Positions 1 to 12,000 of a stretch of DNA of 64,000 nucleotides are shown piece by piece (the first letter of the stretch is position 1; each line of letters begins with the position of its first letter). Below the pieces are notes generated by a model, which was not told the DNA's origin, ran no database searches, and saw nothing but the letters and a program-made list of their open reading frames with translations. Location of the stretch: contig OZ024742.1 of the NCBI GenBank assembly GCA_964016885.1, positions 133,548,001 through 133,612,000 on the forward strand, written 5' to 3'. The stretch comes from Eledone cirrhosa (taxonomy: Eukaryota). Position numbers and translations under genes: made by a program.

Positions 1-3000
1 TTGGGTGCCCCGTATTTTTATGGGGGGTTTCGTTTTTCATATGGGTAGCCCGTTTTTTTATGGGGGTCCGTTTTCTATTTGGGTGCTCCGTTTCATTTAT
101 TTGGGAGCCCCGTTTTTTATTTGGGTGCCACGTTTTTTTTATGGGGTGTCCGTTTTTTATTTGGGTGACCCGTATTTATGGGGTGGTCCGTTTTTTTATT
201 TGGGTGCGCCGTCATTTATTTGGGTGCCTCTTTTTTTATTTGGGTGCCCCGTTTTATTATGGGTAGTACGTTTTTTTTCGGGTACACCGTTATTTATGGG
301 GGGATCCGTTGTTTATTTGGGTGCCTCGTTTTTTATTTGGGTGCCCCGTTTTTTATGAGGGTGTACGTTTTTTATTTGGGTGTCCCGTTTTTCGTTTGGG
401 TGACCCGTTTTTTTATGAGGGGTCCTTTTTTTATTTGGGTACCCCATTTAATATTTGGGTGCCCCGTTGTTCTATGGGGGGTCCGTTTTTTATTTGGGTG
501 ACCCGTTTTCTATAGGGGGGTCCGTTTTTTATTTGTGTTCCCAGGTTTTTTATGAGGGGTCCTTTTTTTATTTGGGTGACCCGTATTTATGGAGTGGTCC
601 GTTTTTTATTTGGGTGCGCCGTCATTTATTTGGGTGCCTCTTATTTTATTTGGGTGCCCCGTTTTATTATGGGTATTACGTTTTTTTATGGGGGGATCCG
701 TTTTTCATTTGGGCGCCCCGTTTTTTTATTTGGGTGCCCCGTTTTTTATGAGGGTGCCCCGTTTTTTATGGGGGTGTCCGTTTTTTATTTGAGTGGCCCG
801 TTTTTTATTTGGGTACCCCTTTCTTTATGAGGGTGTCCGTTTTTTATTTGGGTATCCCGTTTTTTATTTGGGTGTCCCGTTTTTTATATGGGTGACCCGT
901 TTTCTATGGGGGGGGTCCGTTTTTTATTCGGGTGCCCAGGTTTTCTATGAGGGGTCCTTTTTTTATTTGGGGACCCCATTTTTTATTTGGGTGACCCGTT
1001 GGTCTATGGGGGGTGTCAGTTTTTTATTTGGGTGCCCCGTTTTTTTATCTGGGTACCCCGTATTTTTATTTGGGTGTCCGGTTTTTTATTTGGGTGCCCC
1101 GTTTCTTTATGGGGGGGGGTCCTTTTTTATCTGGGTGCCCCGTTATGTTATGAGGGGATTCGATTTTTATTTGGGTGCTCAGTTTTTTTATGGGGCGTCT
1201 GTTTTTTATTTGGGTGCCATTTTGTCATGGGGGTGTCCGATTTTTATTTAGGTGACCCGTTTTTATGGGGTGGTCTGTTTTTTATTTGGGTGCCCCGTTT
1301 TTTATGGGGGGTGCGTTTCTTTTCGGGTACCCCGTTTTTTTATGGCGGTGTCCGTTTTATATTTGGGGGGCCCGTTTTTTTATGGGGTTTTCGATTTTTT
1401 ATTTGGGTGCCCCGTTTTTTATTTGGGTGCCCCGTCTTTTAAGGGGGTCCGATTTTAATTTGGGTGCCCGGTTTTTTTATTTGGGAGCCCCGTTTATTAT
1501 GGGGGTGTCCGTTTTTTATTTGGGTGCCCCGTTCTTTATGAGGGTGTCCGTTTTTTATTTGGTTGTCCCGTTTTTTATTTGGGTGCCCCATTTTTTTATT
1601 TGGGTGCACCGGTGGTCTATGGGTGGTGTCCGTTCTTTGTTTGGGCGCCTCATTTTTTTATGGGGAGGTCCGTTTTTCATTTGGTCGTCCCGTTGTTTTA
1701 TTTGGGTGCCCCGTTTTTTATTTGGGTGCCCCGTGTTTTTATTTGGGTGCCCCGTTTTTTATTTGGGTGCCCCGTGTTTTTATTTGGGTGCCCCGTTTTT
1801 TATTTGGGTGCCCCGTTTTTTATTTGGGTGCCCCGTTTTTTATTTGGGTGCCCCGTATGAGGGTGTCCGTTTTTTATTTGGGTGTCTCGTTTTGTTATGG
1901 GGATGTCCGTTTTTTATTTGGGTGCCCTGTTTTTTTAATTTGGGTGCCCCATTTTTTATTTGGGTGCCTCGTTATTTTATTTGGGTGCCCCGTTTTTTAT
2001 TTGGGTGCCCCGTTTTTTTATGGGGGGTCCGTTTTTTATTTGGTTGCCCCGTTTTTTTATTTGGGAGGCCCGCTTTTTATTTGGGTGCCCGATTCTGTTT
2101 TTTCATTTGGGTGACCCGTTTTTATGGGGCTCCGTTTTTTATTTGGGTGCCCCGTTTTTTTTATGGGGGGTGCGTTTTTTATTTAGATGACCCGTTTTTT
2201 ATTTGTCCCGTTTTTATCCATTTTTTTAAGTGGGGTCCGTTTTTTATCTGGGTGCCCCGTTTATTTTATTTGGGTGTCCCCTTTTTTATTTGGGTGCCCC
2301 GTTTCTTTATGGGGGGTCCCTTTTTTATTTGGGTGCCCCGTTGTTTTATGAGGGGATCCGATTTTTATTTGGGTGCTCCGTTTTTTTATGGGGGCGGTCC
2401 GTTTTTTATTTGGGTGCCCGTTTTGTTATGTGGGGTCTATTTTCATTTGGGTGCCCCGTATTTTAATTTCTATGCCCCGTTTTTTATGGGGTGTTCGTTT
2501 TTTATTTGGGTACCCTGTTCTTTTATTGGGGGTCCGCTTTCTATTTGGGTGCCCTGTTTTTTTATTTGCTAGCCCCGTTTTTTATTTAGGTTCCCCTTAT
2601 TTTATGGGGTGTCCGTTTTTTATTTGGGTGACCCGTTTTTATGGGGTGGTCCGTTATTTATTTGGGTGCCCTGTTTTTTATTTGCGTGACCCGTTTTTTT
2701 ATGGGGGGTCCGTTTTTTATTTGGGTGCCCCGTTTTTTTATTTGGGAGGCCCTTCTTTTTATTTGGGTGCCCCGTTCTTTTATGGGGTGTCTGTTTTTTG
2801 TTTCGGTGACCCGTTTTTATGGGGGGGTCCGTTTTTTATTCGGGTGCCCCGTTTTTTATTTGGGTGTCCCGTTTTTTTATGGGGTGCCCCGTTTTATATT
2901 TGGGTGCCCCGTTTTTTATTTGGGTGCCCCGTTTTTTTTATTTGTGAGCCCCGTTGGTCTATGGGGGTGTCCGTTTTTTATTTGGGTGCCTGGTTTTGTT

Positions 3001-6000
3001 ATGGGGAGGTCAGTTTTTTATTTGGGTGCTCCGTTTTTTTTATTTGGGTGCCCCGTTTTTTATTTCGGTGCCCCGTTATTTTATATGGGTGACCCGTTTT
3101 TTATTTGGGTGCACCGTTTTTTTTATGGGGGGGTCCGTTTTTTATTTGGATGACCCGTTTTTTATTTGTCCCGTTTTTATCCAGTTTTTTTATTTGGGTC
3201 CGTTTTTTATCTGGGCGCCCCGTTTTTTTTATTTGGGTGTCCCGTTTTTTTATGGGGGGGGGTCCGTTTTTATATGGGTGCCCTGTTGTTTTATGGGGGG
3301 GTCCGTTTTTTATTTGGATGACCCGTTTTTTATTTGTCCCGTTTTTATCCAGTTTTTGAATTGGGGTCCGTTTTTTATCTGGGCGCCCCGTTTTTTTAAT
3401 TTGGGTGTCTCGTTTTTTATTTGGGTGCCCCGTTTCTTTATGGGGGAGTCCGTTTTTAATTTGGGTGCCCCGTTGTTTTATGAGGGGATACGTTTTTTAT
3501 TTGGGTGCCCCGTGTTTTTATTTAGGTGCCCCGTTTTTTATTTGGGTGCCCCGTTTTTTTACGGGGGGGGGTCCGTTTTTATATGGGTGCCCTGTTGTTT
3601 TATGGGGGGATCCGTTTTTATTTGGGTGCCCCGTTTTTTTATTTGGGTGCCCCGTTGGTCTATGGGGGTGTCCGTTTCTTATTTTTGTGCCTCGTTTTTT
3701 ATGAGGTTGTCCGTTTTCTATTTGAGTGTCCCGTTTTTTATATGGGTGCCCCGTTTTTTATTTGGGTGCCCCATTGGTCTATGGGGGTGTCCGTTTCTTA
3801 TTTGGATGCCTCGTTTTTTATGAGGTTGTCCGTTTTCTATTTGAGTGTCCCGTTTTTTATTTGGGTGTCCCGTTTTTTAATGGGAGGGGTTCCGGTTTTT
3901 ATTCTGGTGCCCCGTTTTTTATTTGGGTGCCCCGTTTTTTATTTGGGTGCCCCGTTTTTTTATGGGGGTGTCCGGTTTTTTATTTGGGTGCCCCGTTTTT
4001 TTATTTGGGTACCCCGTTTTTTTATTTTGGTGCCCCGTTTTTTTTAAGGGGGTGTCCGTTTTATATTTGGGTGCCCCGTTTTTTTATTTGGGTGCCCCGT
4101 TTTTTATTTGCGTGCCCGGTTTTTTTATTTGGGTGCCCCGGTGGTCTATGGGGGGTGTCCGTTTTTTATTTGGGTGCCTCGTTTTGTTATGGGGGGGTCC
4201 GTTTTATATTCGGGTGCCCCGTTTTTTATTTGGGTGCCCCGTTTTTTTATGGGGGGTCCGCTTTTCATTTGGATGACCCGTTTTTATGGGGGGTGTCCGT
4301 TTTTTATTTGGGTGCCCTGTTTTTTCATGGGGCGGTCCGTTTTTTATTTGCGTGCCCCGTTTATTTATTTGGGTGCCCTGTTTTTTTTTGGGTGCCGCGT
4401 TTTTTTATGGGGCGGTCCGTTTTTTATTTGGGTGCCCCCTTGGTCTATGGGCGGGTCCATTTTTTGTTTGGGTGCCCCTTTTTTTATGGGTTGTCCGTTT
4501 TTTATTTGGGAGCTCCGTTTTTTGTTTGGGTGTACCCTTTTTTTATGAGGGTGTCCCGTTTTTTATTTGGGTGCCCCGTCTTCTTATGGGGGGGGTCCGT
4601 TTTTTATTTGGGTGCCCCGATGTTTTATGAGGTGATCCGTGTTTTTATTTGGCTGCCCCGTTTTTTTTATTGGCGGTATCCGTTTTTTATTTGGGGGCCC
4701 CCTTTTTTTATTTAGGTGCCCCGTTGGTCTATGGGGGTGTCCATTTCTTATTTGGGTGCTCCGTTTTTTTATTTGGGTGCCCCGGTGGTCTATGGGGGTT
4801 GTCCGTTTTTTTTATTTGGGTGCCCCGTTTTTTATTTGGGTGCCACGTTGATTTATGGAGGGTGTCCGTTTTTTACTTGGGTGCCCCGTTTTTTTATGGG
4901 GGAGTCCGTTTTTTATTTCGTTGCCCCGTTATTTTATGAGGGAGTCCGTTTTTTATTTGGGTGTCCCGTTCTTTATTTGGGTGCCCCGTTGTTTTATGAG
5001 GGGATCCGTTTTTTATTTGGGTGCCCCGTGTTTTTATTTGGGTGCCCCGTTTATTATTTGGGTGCCCCGTTTTTTTATTTGGGTGCCCCGTTTTTTATTT
5101 GGTTACCCTGTTTTTTTATGAGGGTGTCCGTTTTTTATTTGGGTGTCCCGTTTTTTATTTGGGTGCCCTGTTTTTTATTTGGGTGCCCCGTTTTTTATTT
5201 GGGTGCCTGTCTTTTTATGGGGGGTCCATTTTTTGTTCGTGTGGCCCGTTTTTCTATTTGGGTGACCCATTTTTGATTTGGCTGCCCCGTTTTTTTATGG
5301 GGGGAGCCGTTTTTTTAATTGGGTGCCCCATTTTTTATTTGGGTGCCCCGTTCTTTTATGGGGAGGCCCGTTTTTATCTGGGTGCCCCGTTGCTTTATGA
5401 GGGGATCCGTTTTTTATTTGGGTCTCCCGTTTTTTTATGGGGGGGTCCGTTTTTATATGGGTGCCCTGTTGTTTTATGGGGGGATCCGTTTTTTATTTGG
5501 GTGCCCCGTTGGTCTATGGGGGTGTCCGTTTCTTATTTGGGTGCCTCGTTTTTTATGAGGTTGTCCGTTTTCTATTTGAGTGCCCCGTTTTTTATTTGGG
5601 TGCCCCGTTTTTTAATGGGAGGGGTCCGTTTCTTATTCTGGTGCCCCGTTTTTTATTTGGGTGCCCCGTTTTTTTATTTGGGTGCCCCTTTTTTTATTTG
5701 CGTGCCCCGTTTTTTTATTTGGGTGCCCCGGTGGTCTATGGGGGGTGTCCGTTTTTTATTTGGGTGCCTCGTTTTGTTATGGGGGGGTCCGTTTTATATT
5801 CGGGTGCCCCGTTTATTTATTTGGGTGCCCTGTTTTTTATTTGGGTGCCGCGTTTTTTTATGGGGCGGTCCGTTTTATATTCGGGTGCCCCGTTTTTTAT
5901 TTGGGTGCCCCGTTTATTTATTTGGTGCCCTGTTTTTTATTTGGGTGCCGCGTTTTTTTATGGGGCGGTCCGTTTTTTATTTGGGTGCCCCCTTGGTCTA

Positions 6001-9000
6001 TGGGCGGGTCCGTTTTTTGTTTGGGTGACCGGTTTTTTGTTTGGGTGCCCCCTTTTTTATGGGTTGTCCGTTTTTTATTTGGGAGCTCCGTTTTTTGTTT
6101 GGGTGCACCATAATTTATGAGGGTATCCCGTTTTTTATTTGGGTGCCCCCTTTTTTTATTTGGGTGCCCCGTTGTTCTATTGGGGGTGTCCATTTCTTAT
6201 TTGGGTGTTCCGTTTTTTTATTTGGGTGCCCCGGTGGTCTATGGGGGGTGTCCGTTTTTTTATTTGGGTGCCTCGTTTTGTTTGAGGGGGTCCGTTTTTT
6301 ATTTGGGTGACCCGTTTTTTTATTTGGGTGCCCAGTTTTTTATTTGGTTGCCACGTTGATCTATGGAGGGTGTTCGTTTTTTACTTGGGTGCCCCGTTTT
6401 TTTATGAGGGAGTCCGTTTTTTATTTCGTTGCCCCGTTGTTTTATGAGGGAGTCCTTTTTTTATTTGGGTGTCCCGTTCTTTATTTGGGTGATCCGTTGT
6501 TTTATGAGGGCATCCGTTTTTTATTTGGGTGCCCCTTTTTTTATTTGGGTGCCCCTTCTTTTATTTGGGTGCCCCGTTTTTTTATTTGGGTGCCCCGTTT
6601 TTTATTTGGTTTCCCTGTTTTTTTATGAGGGTGTCTGTTTTTTATTTGGGTGTCCCGTTTTTTATTTGGGTGCCCTGTTTTTTATTTGGGTGCCCCGTTT
6701 TTTATTTGGGTGCCTGTCTTTTTATGGGGGGGCCATTTTTTGTTTGTGTGGTCCGTTTTTCTATTTGTGTGCCCTATTTTTGATTTGGGTGCCCCGTTTT
6801 TTTATGGGGGGTCCGTTTTTTATTTGTGTGACCCGTTTTTTTATGGGGGGGGCCGTTTTTTTAATTGGGTGCCCCGTTTTTTATTTGGGTGCCCGTTTTT
6901 TTATGGGGAGGCCCGTTTTTTATTTGGGTGCCCCGTTGTTTTATGAAGGGATCCGTTTTTTATTTGGGTGCCCCGTATTTTATGAGGTTGTCCGTTTTCT
7001 ATTTGAGTGTCCCGTTTTTTATTTGGGTGCCCCGTTTTTTATGGTGGGTCCGTTTTTTATATAGGTGCCCCGTTATTTCATTTGGGTGCCCAGTTTTTTA
7101 TGGTGGGTCCGTTTTTTATATAGGTGCCCCGTTATTTTATTTGGGTGCCCAGTTTTTTTATGGTGGCGGTCCGTTTTTTATTTGGGACTCCCGTTTTTTA
7201 TGGAGGGGTCGTTTCATATTTGGGTGTCCCGTTTTTTATGTGGGAGACCCGTTTTTTATTTGGGTGCCCCGTATTTTATTTGCGTGCCCGTTTTATATGG
7301 GGGGGTCCGTTTTTTATTTGGGTGATCATTTTTTATAGGGGACTCCATTTTTATCTGGGTGCCCCGTTTTTTATTTGGGTGCCCCGTTTTTTATTTGCGT
7401 GCCTCGTTTTGTTATGCGGGGGTCGTTTTTTATTTGGGTGCCTCGTTTTGTTTTTATGGGGGGTCCGTTTTTTATTTGGGTGCCCCGTTATTTTATTTGG
7501 GTGCCCCGTTTTTTATTTGGGTGCCACGTTGATCTATGGAGGGTGTCCGTTTTTTACTTGGGTGCCCCGTTTTTTTATGGGGGGGGTCCGATTTTTATTT
7601 GGGTGCCCCGCTTTTTATGGGGGTGTCCGTTTCTTATTTGGGTGCCCCGTTTTATATTTGGGAGCCCCGTTCTTTTATGAGGGGTCCGTTTTTTATTTGC
7701 GTGCCCCTTTTTTTTATTTGGGTACCCCGTTTTTTATTTGGGTACCCCGTTTTTTATTTGGGTGCCCCGTTTTTTTTACTTGTGTGCCCCGTTTTTTATT
7801 TGGGTGCCACGTTTTTTATTTGCGTGCCTCATTTTGTTATGCGGGGGTCGTTTTTTATTTGGGTGCCCCGTTTTTTTACGTGGGTGCCCCGTTTTTTATT
7901 TGGGTGCCCCGATTTTATTTGCGAGCCCCGTTCTTTTATTTGGGTGCCCCGGTGGTCTATGGGGGGTGTCCGTTTTTTATTTGGGTGCCTCGTTTTGTTA
8001 TGGGGGGGGTCCGTTTTTTATTTGGGTGCCCCGTTCTTTTATTTGGGTGACCGGTTTTTTATTTGGGTGCCACGTTGATCTATGGAGGGTGTCCGTTTTT
8101 TACTTAGGTGCCCCGGTTTTTTATGGGGAGTCCGTTTTTTATTTGCATACCCCGTTTTTTTATGGGGGGGTCCGTTTTTATTTAGGTTCCCCGTTACTTT
8201 ATTTGGGTGCCCCGTTTTTTTATGGAAGGATCCGTTTTTTATTTGGGTGCTCATTTTTTATAAGGGGCTCTATTTTTATCTGGGTGCCCCGTTTTTTATT
8301 TGGGTGCCCCGTTTTTTTATGGGGGTGTCCGTTTTTTATTTTGGTGCATCGTTTTTTATTTGGGTGCCCCGTTGGTCTATGGGGTAGTCTGTTTTTTATT
8401 TGGTTGACCTGTTATTTTATTTGGGTGTCCGGTTTTTTTATGGGGGGAGTACGTTTTTTTATTTGGATGACCCTTTTTTTAGGGTGTTGCGCCGTTTTTT
8501 AATTGTGGGGTCCGTTTTTATTTGGGTGCGCCGATTTTTTATATGGGCGCCCCGTTATTTATTTGGGTGTCCGTTTTTCATTTGGATGCCCCGTTTCTTT
8601 TATGGAGGGCAGTTTTTTATTTGGATGCCCCGGTTTTTTTTTTGGTGCCCCGTTCTTTTATGGGGGGGTCCGTTTTTTATTTGGGTGCCCCGTTTTGTTA
8701 TGGGGGGGGTCCGTTTTTTATTTGGGTGCCCCGTTTTTTATTTGGGAGCCCCGTTCTTTTATGAGGGGTCCGTTTTTTATTTGGGTGCCCCGTTTTTTTA
8801 TGGGGGGGTCCGTTTTTTATTTGGGTGCCCCGTTTTTTATGGGGTGTGTCCGTTTTTTATTTGGGTGACCCGTTTTTTATTTGGGAGCCCCGTTTTGTTA
8901 TGGGGGGGTCCGTTTTTTATTTGGGTGCCCCGTTTTTTATTTGGGAGCCCCGTTCTTTTATGAGGGGTCCGTTTTTTATTTGGGTGCCCCGTTTTTTTAT

Positions 9001-12000
9001 GGGGGGGTCCGTTTTTTATTTGGGTGCCCCGTTTTTTATGGGGTGTGTCCGTTTTTTATTTGGGTGACCCGTTTTTTATTTGGGAGCCCCGTTCTTTTAT
9101 GAGTGGTCCGTTTTTTATTTGGGTGCCCCGTTTTTTATGGTGGGTCCGTTTTTTATATAGGTGCCCCGTTATTTTATTTGGGTGCCCAGTTTTTTTATGG
9201 TGGCGGTTCGTTTTTTATTTGGGACTCCCGTTTTTTATGGGCGGGGTCGTTTCATATTTGGGTGTCCCATTTTTTATTTGGGAGACCCGTTTTTTATTTG
9301 GGTGCCCCGTATTTTATTTGGGTGCCCGTTTTATATGGGGGGGGTCCGTTTTTTATTTGGGTGCCCATTTTTCATGGGGATCTCCATTTTTATCTGGGTG
9401 CCCCGTTTTTTATTTGTGTGCCCCGTTTTTTATGGGGGTGTCCGTTTTTTATTTTGGTGCATCGTATTTTATTTGGGTGCGCCGTTTTTATTTGGGTGCC
9501 CCGTTGGTCTATGGGGTAGTCTGTTTTTTATTTGGGTGCCCTGTTTTTTTATGGGGGGGTCCGTTTTTTATTTGGGTCTCCCGTTTTTTAATGAGGGGAT
9601 CCGTTTTTTATTTGGGTGCACCATTTTTTTATGGGAGGGGGTCCGTTTTTTAGTCTGGTGCCCCGTTCTTTATTTGGGTGCCCCGTTTTTTATATGGGTG
9701 CCCCGTTTATTTATTTGGGTACCCAGTTTTTTTATTTGCGTGCCCCGTTTTTTTATTTGGGTTCCCAGTTTTTTATTTGTGTGCCCCGTTTTTTTTATGG
9801 GGCTGTCCGTTTTTTATTTAGGTTCCCCGTTATTTTATTTGGTTGCTCCGTTTTATTTATTTGGGTGCCCATTTTTTTATTTGGGTGCTCCGTTATTTTA
9901 TGGGGGGCTCCGTTTTTCATGTGGGTGACCCGTTTTGTTATGGGAGGGGGTCCGTTTTTTATTTGGGTGCCCCGTTTATTTATTTAGGTGCCCATTTATT
10001 TTATTTGGGTGACCCGTTTTTTATGGGGGTGTCCGTTTTTTATTTGGGTGCCCCGTTGTTTATTGGATGCCCCGTTTTTTATTTGGGTGCCCCGTCTTTT
10101 ATTTGGGTGTTCAGTTTTTTATGGGGGGTCCGTTTTCTATTTGGGTCTCCCGTTTTTTAATGAGGGGATCCGTTTTTTATTTGGGTGCCCGGTTTTTTTA
10201 TGGGAGGGGTCCGTTTTTCATTCTGTTGCGCCGTTTTTTATTTGCGTGCCCCTTTTTCTATTTGAGTGCCCCGTTTTGTCATGGGGGTCCGTTTTTTATT
10301 TGGGTGCCCCGTTTATATATTTGGGTGCCAATTTTTTTATTTGGGTGCTCCGTTTTTTTATGGGGGGTCCGTTTTTAATTTGGGTGACCCGTTATTTATG
10401 GGGGTGTCCGTTTTTTATTTGGGTGCCCCGTATTTTTATTTGGGTGCCCCTTTTTTTATTTGGGTGCCCCGTTTTTTATTTGGGTGCCCCGTTTATTTAT
10501 TTGGGTGCCCATTTTTTTATTTGGGTGCTCCGTTTTTTTTATGGTGGCGTCCGTTTTTTATTTGGGTGCCACGTTTTTTATTGTGTGCCCCTTTTTTTTT
10601 TTAGTGCCCCGTTTTTTCATGGGGGGTCCGTTTTTTATTTGGGTGCCCCGTTTTTTATTTGGGTGTCCTGTTTTTTATTTGGGTGCCCCGTTTTTTTCTG
10701 GGCGGGGTCCGTTTTTTATTTGGGTGTCCCGTTTTTTATTTAGGTGACCCTTTTTTATGGGGGGGGGGCATTTTTTATTTGGGTGCCTCGTTTTTTATTT
10801 GGGTGCCCGTTTTTTATTTAGGTGCCCCGTTTTTTTATGGGGTTGTCCGTTTTTTATTAAGGTGCCCCGTTATTTTATTTTGGTACCCCGTTTATTTATT
10901 TGGGTGCCCATTTTTTTATTTGGGTGCCCCATTTTTTATTGGGGGGGTCCTTTTTTTATTTGGGTGACCCGTTTTGTTATGGGGGGTCCGTTTTATATTT
11001 GGGTGCCCCGTTTATTTATTTGGGTGCCAATTTTTTTATTTGGGTGGTCAGTTTTTTTATGGGGGGGTCCGTTTTTTATTTGGGTGACCCGTTTTGTTAG
11101 GGGGGGTCCGTTTTTTATTTGGGTGCCCCGTTTTTTCTGGGCGGGGTCCGTTTTTTATTTGGGTGTCCCGTTTTTTATTTAGGTGTCCCGTTTTTTATGG
11201 GGGGGGGGCATTTTTTATTTGGGTGCCCCGTTTATTATTTGGGTGCCCCGTTTTTTATTTAGGTGCCCCGTTTTTTTATTTGGGTGTCCCGTTTTTATTT
11301 TGATGCCCCATTTTTTAAGGGGGGGACGTTTTTTATTTTGGTGCCCCGTTTTTTTATGGGGTTGTCGGTTTTTTTATTAAGGTGCCCCATTATTTTATTT
11401 GGGTCCGCCGTTCTTTTTATCGGGGGGTCCGTTTTTTATTTGGGTGCCCCGTTTATTTATTTGGGTGCCCATTTTTTTATTTGGGTATCCGTTATTTTAT
11501 GGGGAGGGTCCGTTTTTCATTTGGGTGACCCGTTTTGTTATGGGGGGGGGGTCCGTTTATTATTTGGGTGCCCCGTTTATTTATTTAGGTGCCCATTTTT
11601 TTTATTTGGGTGCCCCGTTTTTTAATGGGTGGGGGGGCCGTTTTTTATTTAGGCGGCCGATATTTTATTTGGGTGCCCGTTTTTTATGGGGAGGTCCGTT
11701 TTTTATTTGGGTGACCCGTTTTTTATGGGGGTGTCCGTTTTTTATTTGGGTGCCCCGTCTTTTATTTGGGTGCTCAGTTTTTTATGGGGGGTCCGTTTTT
11801 TATTTGGGTGCCCATTTTTCATGGGGATCTCCATTTTTATCTGGGTGCCCCGTTTTTTATTTGTGTGCCCCGTTTTTTATGGGGGTGTCCGTTTTTTATT
11901 TTGGTGCATCGTATTTTATTTGGGTGCGCCGTTTTTATTTGGGTGCCCCGTTGGTCTATGGGGTAGTCTGTTTTTTATTTGGGTGCCCTGTTTTTTTATG